Assembly: GCF_001194135.2 (NCBI RefSeq)
Contig: NC_068982.1
Location: 167,079,274 to 167,119,681 of the forward strand
Source: Octopus bimaculoides
Taxonomy: Eukaryota
Reading direction: 5' to 3'
DNA: 40,408 nt
Within the stretch, counting starts at the first letter, position 1; each line of letters starts with the position of its first letter. Shown here piece after piece: positions 1-11,900 of the stretch. The translations under genes were made by a program, and so were the position numbers. The notes under the pieces are model-generated. The model did no database searches, had not been told where the DNA came from, and saw only the letters and a list, made by a program, of their open reading frames with translations.

Positions 1-245
1 GCGGGTGGCACATAAAAGACACCATTTCGAGCGTGGCCGTTTTCGTGCGGGTGACACGTAAAAGCACCCACTACACTCTCTGAGTGGTTGGCGTTAGGAA
101 GGGCATCCAGCTGTAGAAACTCTGCCAAATCAGACTGGAGCCTGGTGTAGCCATCCGGTTTCACCAGTCCTCAGTCAAATCGTCCAACCCATGCTAGCAT
201 GGAAAGCGGACGTTAAACGATGATGATGATGATGATGATGATGAT
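1..245 (+). mobile_element. Young (GAT)n-tailed retroposon 3' end (family C, probably RTE-LINE 3'UTR), cut by window edge
   Basis: ...gttggcgttaggaagggcatccagctgtagaaactctgcc...ccaacccatgctagcatggaaagcggacgttaaac(gat)n; near-identical copies at 4921, 21678, 30640, 40178. Confidence 0.85.
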
Positions 246-553
246 ATATATATATACACACATAAAAGAAATAATTAAGATGCAGTTGAATTAGGTACTT
301 AAGTTGAAGCACCAAGTCTGTCTGGTATTATCCACACACCTCGAAGTAATGTGAATAAAATCAAAATAAGTAAGAAGATATCAAGTAGTAATGCAGTACA
401 ACCATTTCAAGAAGCTCCATTTAATTGAATAATGCAATCATTACATCAATTTAAATGCAATGCTATCTTCAGCTGCACAAATAAATAAATGGAATTTTAA
501 CAAGCAGGACACATTAATATAATTTTTCTTAAATATTTTAACATTGGATGTTC

Positions 554-956
554 AGGCGCAGGAGTGGCTGTGTGGTAAGTAGCTTGCTTACCAACCACAT
601 GGTTCTGGGTTCAGTCCCACTACATGGCACCTTGGGCAAGTGTCTTCTACTATAGCCACGGGCCGACCAAAGCTTTGTGAGTGGATTTGGTAGATGGAAA
701 CTGAAAGAAGCCCGTCGTATATATATATATGTGTGTGTGTGTGTGTGCGTTTGTGTTAGTCCCCCCAACATTGCTTGATGACCGATGCTGGTGTGTTTAT
801 GTCCCTGTAACTTAGCGATTCGGCAAAAGAGACCGATAGAATAAGTACTAGGCTTACAAAGAATAAGTCCTGGGGTTGATTTGCTCGACTAAAGGCGGTG
901 CTCCAGCATGGCCACAGTCAAATGACTGAAACAAGTAAAAGAGTAAAAGAGAGTAA
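554..956 (+). mobile_element. tRNA-derived SINE (family AB): head, internal (TA)n(GT)n, body ending in (gtaaaaga) repeats
   Basis: Head aggcgcaggagtggctgtgtggtaag...gggttcagtccc with A/B-box-like motifs, then gcaccttgggcaagtgtcttct; same architecture inverted at 4678-5398 and 30940-31336. Confidence 0.85.
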
Positions 957-2009
957 GAAATTCATGTTGTCGCTATTGTAGCTAAGAATAGGTTGATATA
1001 TATATATATATATATATCTGTCAGACGGGACCTTGATGAATGCCATGATGCAGGAAAGTATACTAGTCCTTATATATTTAATACTCTATATTTCATATAT
1101 TCAATAAGACATTCAATACTTCATTTCATTTTACTATTTATATTATATATTCCATATTCTATATCCCACATTAATTTTATATATATATATATATAGATCA
1201 ACCTTCATCACTATCGCTGTCTATCATCAACAGGAATACAAAAACCCCAGCATCAACATCAAAGCCAATACAACCACCACTATTACCAACTCACCTATTC
1301 TTTAATGACCAACAGTAACAATAGTATGAACAAGATAAGCAACTCTAATCTAAAGTAAAAAAAAAAGAACAAAAAAAACAGTTGCATAAAATAATGTGGT
1401 ACACTAATGTATTTTAAATGTTGAATCGAATGTCTTTGATCTTAAGTAAAATGAGGATTGACTTAAGACTAAACATCAACAATACAATTAACAATAACAA
1501 TACAACCACTGCCACCACCAACATCTTCAACACTAAAACCAATACAACCAAACCACCATCACTACCAACCCAGCAGCTATTGAATAACCAACTAGTGAGA
1601 TGGATAATAATATGAGCATGATAGCAATGTCAATTGCTACATATGTTGCATGTCAACACGTGTGTCTGTGAGAGTAGAGTGTGGAGTTTCAATATCTTAA
1701 GTCAGAGGTGCAAGGCTCATGGGCAAAGTGCCCATAAACCTGATAACCTTTCAGCTAACTGCAATTAAACAGTACTTCTTCACACCTCACCCTCTACCCA
1801 TCTATCCACTCATTTCCATTCTTAAATCTATAGGAATAAGATAACAATGTTTTGGTATCACAAAACTGTTTTTCCCTAGTACTATTTTTTTCCTATATAT
1901 TTGTTGTGGATAACTGTTGATCACTGCCACTGCTGGACTTATCTACAATACAAGATAATTGGAAAGAATGCATCAATTGGAACTGGAATAAGTAAGGAAA
2001 AAGGACCAG

Positions 2010-3030
2010 TAAAAGGATTACATTCAATATTAAACTTGAGGTTTTAGAAAGGTTTGATGCAGGAAAATATCAGCCACATTACCAAAGTATTGATGTTTGC
2101 AATGTCTACAGTGAGGACAGAATGGGACAGCAAAAAGAAAATTAAAGTTGACAAAAAGTTATTCTGTTAACTGCTCAGATTTTATTATTTCATGCATCTA
2201 ATGTGATGCTTAAAATGGAACAGTTCTTATATGATTTGCAGAGAAAGGAAGGTGAAACTTCTAGTGACAAACTCGTTCTGGTTAGAAAAGGATGGTTTGA
2301 AAAGTTTTAGAAGTGCTTGAATTTGCACAGCATAAAAATGACTGGTGAAGCTGCCAGTGCTGATACTAAGGTTGCTATTAAATATCCTGAGCAGTTGAAA
2401 GAAATGATTGTTGAAGGGGACTACATACCAGAACAAGTATATATTGTTGAAACTGCACTTTTTTTTAGCTGTGAGAATTTTTATTTCTTGACAAGTGAAA
2501 TCAACACCAGTATTTAAAGCTTCCAAAAATAATGTGACATTTCTGGAAGATGTAGTTGCTGTTATAAAACTAAAGCCCATATTTGTGCATCAATTTGAAG
2601 ATCTAAGGGCTTTTAAGGGTCATGCAGAGTTTAATTTGCTTCTGATTTGGCATTCAAATAAGGCATGGATGACTCAGGGTGTCTTTGAAGACATTTTTTT
2701 TTTTTGTCCAGACATAATATTTACAACAAAGCATTGTTTGTTTTGACAATAAACTAAAGCGAGCTAATGAATTAAATGAGCTTTCTGATAATTTAAAGTT
2801 AGGATATATCATCAACAGTATGTCTTTTTTCAAGGTGTGATAGTTAACTTCGAGGCATATCTGACAACAACCCAAGAAAGCAGTTGACAGGGAGTATAAA
2901 CTTATAGTTAGAGACTTCTGGAAGAAGTGCAACATCATGGATGCTGTGAATAGCATAACATGGAATGAAATAAAACCCTCAACATTGTTTCGAGAAAAAT
3001 CCATGGCAACACATTATCACTTCATAACAT
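2010..3030 (+). pseudogene. Tigger/pogo-family DDE transposase fossil (N-terminal HTH to catalytic domain)
   Basis: Fragments KRITFNIKLEVLERFDAGK, GWFEKF*...NLHSIKMTGEAASAD...EQVYIVETALF and IWHSNKAWMTQGVFED match Tigger/CENP-B-like transposases; stops and frameshifts throughout. Confidence 0.85.
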
Positions 3031-3134
3031 GAAAATCAATGGGAAAATTTCACATAATTGGATTTTACATTATGGCAAGTTTTTCAGGAACACATTACTT
3101 TTGTAACATGGGTGAGTCATCATTGTTTAACATC

Positions 3135-3240
3135 TGCCTTCCATGCTGGCATGAGTTGGACAGGAGCAGGCCAGGCAGAAAACTGCAAAAAACTTCTGTC
3201 TGTTTTGGCAGAGTTTTTATGGCTGGATGCCCTTCCTAAC
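3135..3240 (-). mobile_element. Old fragment related to family C
   Basis: ttccatgctggcatgagttggac...ttttatggctggatgcccttcctaac is the decayed reverse complement of the C-type 3' end. Confidence 0.6.
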
Positions 3241-3440
3241 ATTTAATTCGCTAATACAAGTTAGAGTTAACATATTTAATTTAGGGGGCATTAAAAATTG
3301 AGTGAAAAATAATTATGCAGTGAGGAAAAGACATTAGCTCAAGGCTTAATATTATTTTAGTTGCTTCAGTAAGTATGGATGATTTGGGGGATGTTTTAGT
3401 CTTAGCATTGTCATGCATAAATATGAGATTCCTTAGAAGT

Positions 3441-3761
3441 CTTTGCTGAGACCCCCTTCAGTCATGACTGACCATGGGATTGCACCTAGAAAGTTACCCT
3501 CCCAGGCACAAGTCCCCGCAAGGTTGTTTATGGAAGACCAGTAGTCACCCATGCATACCAGTCTCCCCTCTCCATGACACCAGTGTTATCCAAGGGAAAG
3601 ACAAAGGCCGATACAGTTTGGCACCTGTGACGTCGAAACTCATTTCTGCAGCTGAGTGAACTGGAGCAACGTGAAATAAAGTGTCTTGCTCAAGAACACA
3701 ACACGCAGCCCGGTCATGATCGTAAGCTAGATGCTCTAACCACTGAGCTATGCGCCCTCAC
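3441..3761 (-). mobile_element. tRNA-derived SINE (family F) with a V/Meta-domain-like core
   Basis: Minus strand starts gtgagggcgcatagctcagtggttagagc (A box), followed by gtgttgtgttcttgagcaagacactttatttcac, which resembles V-/Meta-SINE cores. Confidence 0.75.
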
Positions 3762-4142
3762 ACATTGTTGTATTGTACAGTTTTTATTGAATGATCATAT
3801 GAGCTGTAATGTGAAAGTTTGGACATGTAGTTTCTCTCCTCTCTGATCTATGTCTGTACATTTATAGTTTCTGGTGGCCACAGAAAAGACAGGCAAAGCC
3901 TTGACCTTGCCTGCTTTCAGCTTTAAGAAATGCCTGATAGGAGTGCTTGTGGGTGTTTTATTTCAGGACGTTAGTGCAACAAGGGTGTGGTCCTTATTAT
4001 TGCCTAATACTGTATATGATGTATTGTTTTTGCTCGTGGTTTATGTTCCACACAAATATTTGCCCATTCTTTTTTTTTTCTGTAGCTTATTTTCTTTATC
4101 ATTTCCTTATGTAGTTGTGTGATGTCGAGTTTTATTTATATG

Positions 4143-4677
4143 CAGCAATGCCTCAATATGTGAATTAATTTGTTCCTGGAGACTGCTTATCAAGTGAAAA
4201 CTCATAAAGCAGTGTAATAATTTCCCATAGTGGCAATGTTATAAATCATAATTCATTCCCAGAAAAATATTTTACCAATAAAATTGATAATACTCAAAAA
4301 TAAATAGCAATAAAACAACAGTAGAATGTAAAGACTATTTTGTGTAAAATTTTAAAAAATGTTAAGATCATTTATAATGAAAAAATGTCATTATAATCAT
4401 TTTCTGAATCCCTTTCACTAGACTCGCGCACACCAGCAACTGTAGTTGTGATCACTGATTTACAAGAACTCATAGAAGAACTTGTAAATTCCTTTTTAAA
4501 AATCAAGTCTAAAGTTGTTTGCTTAGAAGGAGCCTTTTTTTTGCTCTCTATAAATTTCTTGGTAACATGAAGAAGCATTTGTTATGGTAGTAGAAACTTT
4601 TGCACTTTGTTCAAAATTCGGACCTTGTGTTTGAAAAATAAAACTCATAAAGCGAGTCTTCGTAAAGTGAGATATTA
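4143..4677 (-). mobile_element. Tigger/pogo C-terminal fossil plus probable element terminus
   Basis: Minus-strand GPNFEQSAKVS...SCYQEIY and KKKAPSKQTTLDLIFKK resemble the Tigger C-terminal tail; 4143-4260 (cagcaatgcctcaatatgtgaattaatttgttcc...tttcccatag) resembles decayed Tigger subterminal sequence. Confidence 0.6.
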
Positions 4678-5398
4678 CTCTTTTTACTCTTTTACTTGTT
4701 TCAGTCATTTGACTGTGGCCATGCTGGAGTACCGCCTTTAGTCGAGCAAATCGACCGCAGGACTTATTCTTTGGATGCCTAGTACTTATTCTATCGGTCT
4801 CTTTTGCCGAACCGCTAAGTTACGGGGATGTAAACACACCAGCATCAGTTGTCAAGCGATGTTGGGGGGACAAACACAGACACACAAACATATACACACA
4901 CATACATACATATATATATATTTTCGAGTGAGATCGTTGCCAGTGCCACATGACTGGCTCTTGTGCGGGTGGCACATAAAAGACACCATTTCGAGCGTGG
5001 CCGTTGCCAGTATCGCCTGACTGGCCTTCGTGCAGGTGACACGTAAATGCACCTACTACACTCTGAGTGGTTGGCGTTAGAAAGGGCATCCAGCTGTAGA
5101 AACTCTGCCAAATTTAGATTGGAGCCTGGTGTTGCCATCCGGTTTCACCAGTCCTCAGTCAAATCGTCCAACCCATGCTAGCATGGAAAGCGGACGTTAA
5201 ACGATGATGATGATGATGATGATATATATACACATATATACGACAGGCTTTTTTCAGTTTCCGTCTACCAAATCCACTCAGAAGGCTATGGTCGGTCCGA
5301 GTCTATAGTAGAGGACACTTGCCCAAAGTGCCACACAGTGGGATTGAACCCAGAACAGTGTGGTTGGTAAGCAAGCTACTTATCACACAGCCACTCCT
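4678..5398 (-). mobile_element. Family AB SINE interrupted by a nested family C insertion
   Basis: Body at about 4678-4890 and head at about 5240-5398 are reverse complements of 554-956; they are separated by a C copy sitting in the internal (TA)n. Confidence 0.85.
4921..5223 (+). mobile_element. Young family C copy nested in SINE microsatellite
   Basis: Near-identical to 1-245, with (GAT)n tail and (TA)n on both sides. Confidence 0.85.
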
Positions 5399-6394
5399 TA
5401 CTGTATTTTCTTTTTTGCTCCAGTTTACTCTTAGTCAAACACACATATAACCAGAGGTATGCCAACTTGACCGATATAAAAGACCACTTTATTCAAGTAT
5501 ATTTATTTTTAAGACAGGCTAAATCTGAAAATTTAGATGCTCATTATATCAGGTTGAGTGATTGCATAGAGGTTCATTCATTGGTTTCATTATTGATATG
5601 TATATATTATTGGTTAGAGATGGTGATATATAAAGGACAATTACTTCTATGCAGATGTTGCAGATTAGTTGTTACCAATGCCCTACACAGGTAGAAGTGT
5701 AATTATCCATTTAAAAATGTTTTTTCCTTTTCTTTTTATGGATATGTTGTAAATTTCTTTCTCCTTCAGCTTCCAGATATATTGAGACACGAAAGTGGAA
5801 TTTATTTTAATCTCTGTATCTTAAGAAAAGTGCATGTGTGTATGGTTGCTTTTAAATGTTTTTTGTTAGATCTATATAGTTCTTTTTGAGCTTTTGTAGG
5901 GTATTAAGTGATGTTCCTAAAATTGCATTCTGGTGTTTGGTTTGGTTTGATGCATTCTACATTCTATCACTTTGTTATGATGGAATATTAGTAATTTTCT
6001 AGTTTTATTAAATACTGATTTCATGTTAACAGATTTGTGTTTTTCATTTTCCAAATATTCAAATTTTTCTTTGAAACTGAATCTTTTCAAAATGTTATTG
6101 TGGTAGAATGTCACAAATTGAATATGTCACTGTTGAAGAATAAATATGTTCTGCTTTTCTACTGCTATTACTCATTTTTTTTATTATTATTCTTAAGTTA
6201 GCATCAAGCAAGGTATCAGAAAAGGCTAGTTTAATGTCAGGTGTCATCTTAGTCCTTATATCAAAACATGGTGGTAAATAATCTAGAAATTATAAATTAT
6301 TTTAACATTTTTTTCTCGGATAATTAGATATGAAAATATTATACCACATAAGATAAATTTAAGAAATTGAAAATCAAAAGAGAAGACATTCAAA

Positions 6395-6425
<31 letters not shown>

Positions 6426-7599
6426 NNNNNNNNNNATTCAAAAATTTATTTGGTTTTACATAATAAATATGTTATAAATATAGGCATTGCTTAGCAATGA
6501 ATCTGTTAAAAAAAAAAAACAAAAAAAAACAGTTCTTGTTTTTGAAATGGAGTACAATAGACTTATGAAACAACAAACATGTAACTAGTCTGTTATAACA
6601 TAATTCCATTTTCTGATATGAATGGAACTAGCAGGTGAATTTTCATTAAGGCTTTTTTTAGGATACAAATGAAAATATATATTTTCATTAAACCTTTACA
6701 AAATATGAGAAATGAATATATATATATATATATATACATATATATGTATGTATATATATATATATAAAACACTTATCATCTCTGTTTTACTGCTTACTTC
6801 TCTGTACTTGCATGGGTTAGATGAGATTTGGTGAAGCAGAATTTTCTGTGGTTGAATGCTCTTCCTATTGCCGACCTTTAAGCGTTTCCAAGTGAAGTAA
6901 TATTTCCCACCAAGTCTGGACAAGTTTACTCAGAATATTGCAAGGAAACATCACCATTTTTATTATAACTAAACCTACTTACAATTATCACACAATAATT
7001 GAGACAAGGACACACACACACACACAGAGCAAAGGTAAAAAAGGACAAAAACAAGCCAAGATAAATTCACAATCAAAAAGTATTAGTTTGATGTTCATAC
7101 AAGAGAAAATAGTTGTTTTAATATTTTGGATCCAGTTGAAAAGATGAAGAAAAAAAGAAAAAACTGGACAGTGCAATCCTAGCAAAAATGCCTTGTAAAC
7201 TTAATGTACATGCTGGTTTCTAACTGACTGGAAGTTGTTTGGTGAACTAATGAGATATTACAAGACAGGAGAACAAATGCAAAGAGAAGCATGTGCGTGC
7301 AATATGTGTTATAGATATATATTCAGCCTCTTTAATACTTTCTCATCCCTCTTATCATTTGTACCACTATCAACCATGCCTCTGACACCCATATCTCTAT
7401 TATCAGTGCCTTTATCACTCATCTCTCAATCACTGTCTTCTTTTCACTCTCACTCTGCCATGCTGTTGGTATGACCAAGGATGGCAGTGAATCTCTTCTG
7501 TACACTGAACATTGCTTCCAGTGTTACTAAGGACGTCACAGGACCTGTCTGACCTCTCCCCAATGCTATTACTACCTCTCTCATCACCTTAGCTTTCTT

Positions 7600-7826
7600 A
7601 AGTCTTTATTGTCCACAAGGGGCTAAACACAGAGGGGACAAACAAGGACAAACAAACGAATTAGGTCGATTACATCGACCCCAGTGCGTAACTGGTACTT
7701 AATTTATCGACCCTGAAAGGATGAAAGGCAAAGTCGACCTCGGTGGAATTTGAACTCAGAACGTAGCGGCAGACGAAATACCACTAAGCATTTCGCCCGG
7801 CATGCTAACGTTTCTGCCAGCTCGCC
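7600..7826 (-). mobile_element. Young tRNA-derived SINE (family D) with target-site duplication
   Basis: Minus head ggcgagctggcagaaacgttagc...ctgagttcaaattcc; TSD ttagctttctt at 7589-7599 and 7827-7837. Confidence 0.88.
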
Positions 7827-7849
7827 TTAGCTTTCTTGCCCATCTCAAA

Positions 7850-7897
7850 GCCAACCTGATGAGGCCCCTCATTCTTGAGAGGCCTCATCAGATTGGC
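7850..7897 (-). other. 22-bp RNA hairpin with 4-nt loop
   Basis: GCCAAUCUGAUGAGGCCUCUCA-AGAA-UGAGGGGCCUCAUCAGGUUGGC: 20 Watson-Crick pairs plus 2 G-U pairs on the minus strand. Confidence 0.75.
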
Positions 7898-8457
7898 AAG
7901 TACTCCTTCTGTACTCCCCTAGCTGTCAATATTGACAACTATCATTTACTTTCACTGAATTCATCCTCCTCAAATGTCAGATACAGTGATGGCAATAAAT
8001 AGAGACAGTTCGGGCAATTTATGCAGCATTGAAACAGAAACCACAGAGGAGTGAAAAACATTTTTAAATCAAAAAAGAAAAAAGAAAAACAGCTAAAATT
8101 ACCATCAATCAAAGTAAACAAAGATACTTATGGAATGAACTTAACATGTCAAATAGAATGGCTGGTAATAAAGTGCAATGGTAGAATCTAGCTGTTCAAT
8201 CTGTTGATAAAGAATTAACTACCTAAACCAGCTTTGACATTCTGAATTTTTTCAGAGATAACTATATTTCAAAATAAACGATAGTAGTATTCAGCTAATT
8301 TTAAAAATTTTTGTTGTTTAATCAAATGTCAAATGCAATAGTTAATTCCAAGATATTAAATTCTCAGCTAATGCACACTAAAGTGAGCGGTCCTCTGGTA
8401 AAGAGAGTCGATTGGTTTGTCTACATGAAGACAAAATGAATTTACGACTTTTTGCCC

Positions 8458-8684
8458 TCAAGTGATTTCAGTTGTATTTACTGTTGAATCATTACAATTA
8501 GATTCAAATATGTCTTTCAGCCACTGATATAAATTACTTTCTGTATTTTTTGAGGCATCTGTAACATTTTCAATAGATTCAGGAATAAGCAGTGAACCTA
8601 ATTTTAGCTCTGAATAAAGCCTGGTACGAATTTGTAGATAAACACATGACATCTCTTTCTTATTCTTGCAAGATAACCCGGCAT
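8458..8684 (-). CDS. PSTK: PSTK coding exon 5 with TGA stop
   Basis: Acceptor ttttttcttctcag|AT, phase-compatible; AGLSCKNKKEMSCVYLQIRTRLYSELKLG...TEIT then TGA at 8460-8458. Confidence 0.85.
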
Positions 8685-8727
8685 CTGAGAAGAAAAAATA
8701 TATAATAAAATTAATGGAAACATCTTA

Positions 8728-8729
<2 letters not shown>

Positions 8730-8773
<44 letters not shown>
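8730..8773. repeat. (CA)n microsatellite in last PSTK intron
   Basis: Direct reading. Confidence 0.95.
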
Positions 8774-8778
<5 letters not shown>

Positions 8779-9097
8779 TTCTATATTTATGATACATACC
8801 ATATATTTTCCATGTATATGAGTCAATGAGCAACCTTTTATGAAGTCACTTCACCTGTGAAAACCAACATTGTGAGCTTACATTTCATTCCATGTCTTCA
8901 CTGCTATGATTTTTTGAATAAGTAACAAGCTTTGAATCCTAAATTCCAAGATATCGTTCCTCTCAGTATGTGATAGGCTACTTTTGCCATAGATTTGCTC
9001 AAGCTAAGCTGACAGGAGCTATATATTACAGCGACATTAATGATGAGAATGACTGACATCAGTGTTAGCAGTTTTAACATTATCAACATCAACAATT

Positions 9098-9320
9098 AAT
9101 GTCCATTTTCCACACTGGCATGGGTTGGATGGCTTGACAGGAACTGACAAGACCAGGGGCAGAGTACCAGGTCCCATAGTCTGTTTTGACTTGGTTTCTA
9201 CAGCTGGGTGCCTGCCTAATGCTGGCCACTTTACAAAAAGTATTGGGTGGTTTTTATGTGACACCATCACCAGTGTTTTTTACATGGCACCAGCACCCAC
9301 ACCAATGCTTTTTATGTGGC
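9098..9320 (-). mobile_element. Old family C-related copy
   Basis: tgtccattttccacactggcatgggttggatgg...ggtttctacagctgg...cctaatgc; similar decayed copies near 18020-18200, 28283-28540 and 38755-38885. Confidence 0.65.
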
Positions 9321-9545
9321 AATATACAAAGAACTAATAGAACATGTGGTTAAAGTAATGATAGATAAAACAAACTTCAGTTTTAAGACATTCGTCCCAA
9401 AAAGGTAAACAAATCAAAATTAATGACCGGAAGATGATTTATAAATAACTAAATTTTTAAAAACCTGTTTTATCTGATTAAACATGAGAAATGGAAAAAA
9501 AAAAGAGTGAAAGAAAAAGAAAAAAAAACCTTTAGAAATACTCAC

Positions 9546-9712
9546 GTAAATCAGACATCTTCCCTGAAACCAGCTTTCGCAGAATTTGGTCTGCTTGATG
9601 TAAAGTGCTAATGGAACATTTAACACGACTTATCTGCCGAAGTTCCAGGTTATCTGAAAGTGGTGCTGCTTTGTTTTGCCTGGCATTGTCAACCAAAGCC
9701 AACACATCATCT
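9546..9712 (-). CDS. PSTK: PSTK coding exon 4 (absent from ORF track)
   Basis: Acceptor tttttcatccag|A; open frame DDVLALVDNARQNKAAPLSDNLELRQISRVKCSISTLHQADQILRKLVSGKMSDL; donor C|GTGAGT, phase 1. Confidence 0.9.
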
Positions 9713-10459
9713 CTGGATGAAAAAAGAAGCGAGAATAGGAGAGGGATAATTATTTTTATAGAGAGAAGATAAGTGAGATATTAGCAAAAAAAAAAAATAA
9801 ATAAATAAATCAATAAGTAATCACTTTTTATTCATTTAACAATGAGTGATGCTAACAGAATTATTTTTAAATCTGGAATACTCTTAATCACATATGATTG
9901 TATCACAAAATCAAATCTTGCATAAGTCATTGATCCAAGCAAGATATCTTGCTTACTTTGTCTATTTGTACAGTCAGGTGATTACAGTTAGAGACTATAT
10001 TAAGCTTTAACTTGTTAGAATTCACAGGTAAATATTATATAAAAAAAAAACATATGTAAAAACTTTCAAAGAGTATTAATGCCTTTGGTGCTCAACACCA
10101 GTTTCATAAAGTTAAACAGATAAGGGATAAATATCTCTCTTTCAAAATATCACACAAAATGCTTGCAGTTGTTGCAGAGCTCCAGGTTATTCTTGATCAA
10201 GCAGAGCTATGTTCAAAAGCATTCTAGATTGGGTTTTTTCTCTCTTTTAATGGGATGTTTAAGACTATATTATTAAATGCGTTCTCATCTTTTTAGAGAC
10301 GCTTAGAGGAGATTTGGCTGTTCTTTCTAGCAGGTTGAGTGACCATGTAAAGACCTCCACTGGCTAAGAATGCTTGCAATATATTTTAACCCAATAATAT
10401 ATTTACAAATGTTCAAATATGTAGCTGACACACATATGACACATCAGATATCAACTTAC

Positions 10460-10652
10460 AAACAACAAATAGTCTGGTCCTTGATGTACAAAGAATGAAC
10501 TTCCCAGTTTCTTTCAGATGGTGATGGTGGTTCTAACTTTGATGCCATTGTGTGAATCACTTCCTCAGGTATGGGGTTTGGCCGATGATTGTTCCTTTTC
10601 AATGCCAGTTCTATGTTGCATTCAAGATAAACTTGACAAAACCCAATACTGT
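10460..10652 (-). CDS. PSTK: PSTK coding exon 3 (lid region LKRNNHR)
   Basis: Acceptor ttttag|AC completes TAC(Y); SIGFCQVYLECNIELALKRNNHRPNPIPEEVIHTMASKLEPP...WEVHSL; donor TT|GTAAGT, phase 2. Confidence 0.93.
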
Positions 10653-11049
10653 CTAAAACAAGAGAAAATGAATAATACTTCATTTTATTTTTACCGTTTT
10701 AAATCAGTTTTTCTGAAGGGTGAGGTTTATATTAGAGCATTTTACAGCTCGATGTTTTACCTATCACTAACTATTCAACCATGACATTGGAGTAGTACTT
10801 GTTTACCTTCCTAACATAGATAGCTATAATAATACTAAAAGACCATGATCAAAAAGAAGAGAAAGGCAGAGACGGTCACAAGGGAAGAAAAGAAAAGTAA
10901 TCATTGACATCATTTTCAGTATTATAGCTGTTTGTTCTTTCCTCACAGTGACATGGACTGGGGATGGCTGAAATAATAGAGCAGTGAACAATAAGACAAC
11001 TGTAAGATCAGTAAATCATTTGTTGAACTTCTGTTGATTTAGATATGTA

Positions 11050-11900
11050 ACCTAGCTTTGATTTCTAATAGGAGCTACTTCACTCCACTGGAGTCATTGT
11101 ACACATTTTTTCCATCATGCTCTTCAGGTGTTTACTCAGCTCAATGTGTTATTATGGCAAGCCAGTAGGCTCATGAACAGACAAATTCATGCATTTTAAA
11201 AACAGATTCTCTCAGACAATTGAAACTGATGTTCTGATTGAATATCTAACAACTGGTGTTGGTGGTGGCAAGGAATTGAAGGTTGGAAAGGAATTCCAGG
11301 GGATTACATTTCTGGGTAAGAAGGACTGGGTGAACTGTTCAGTACATAGTCTAGAAGGTAAGAGACAATAAGAGTGTTGGAAGGAGGAAAGGTGAGTGGA
11401 AAAGTGAGTGTGAGTAGTATATAGCTAACTAGTTGAGAGGTATGGGAATCATTGGAAGAAACAGTCTTCAAACTAGAGATTGTAAGCACATTAATGAATG
11501 AATCATTGTCAATCAGTCAAATGTCTTTCTTTGAAATGTGGTTTAGGGTAACTGTGTTTAGGATGGCTGTGCAACAGCAGCACTAGCTGTGAGAAATACT
11601 CCAGTGTGGCTCTTACTTGAGGTCAGAAACTGATCAAGGATTAAGTATTTCCTGACTCAGTTTTATGATGTAGATTTACATGTGGGGCTGTCACATGTCA
11701 TTGTTAGAAATTGTGTGGCATTTTGAGGGCTTTTACTGTGCATAGTACATGACAATGAGATGAAAATGGCCAGGAACAATATACCCAGGGATGTTTGTGA
11801 CATGTAAACTTAACAGTAAAGTGAGCACTAGCAAACTTGATGTAGTAAGCTAAGAGATTGTAATTGATTAAAATGTCTTATTACATCCAATATATTTATG
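11050..11900 (-). mobile_element. Decayed CR1/L2-group LINE RT C-terminal fossil
   Basis: Minus strand near 11620-11585 reads QVRATLEYFSQ (compare QVRPTLEY); same type as 20040 and 35330. Confidence 0.45.

Noticed and set aside
1418-1615. Asn/Thr-rich ORF
   Set aside because: Degenerate (AAC/ACC)n low-complexity DNA with no splice or homology support.
6387-6447. attcaaaaattt duplicated either side of (TA)n plus a 10-N gap (TSD-like)
   Set aside because: It straddles an assembly gap, so a contig overlap cannot be told from a real duplication.
9711-9714. CAGAG tandem acceptor at PSTK exon 4
   Set aside because: The second AG would give an immediate TGA; nothing in the sequence indicates it is used.
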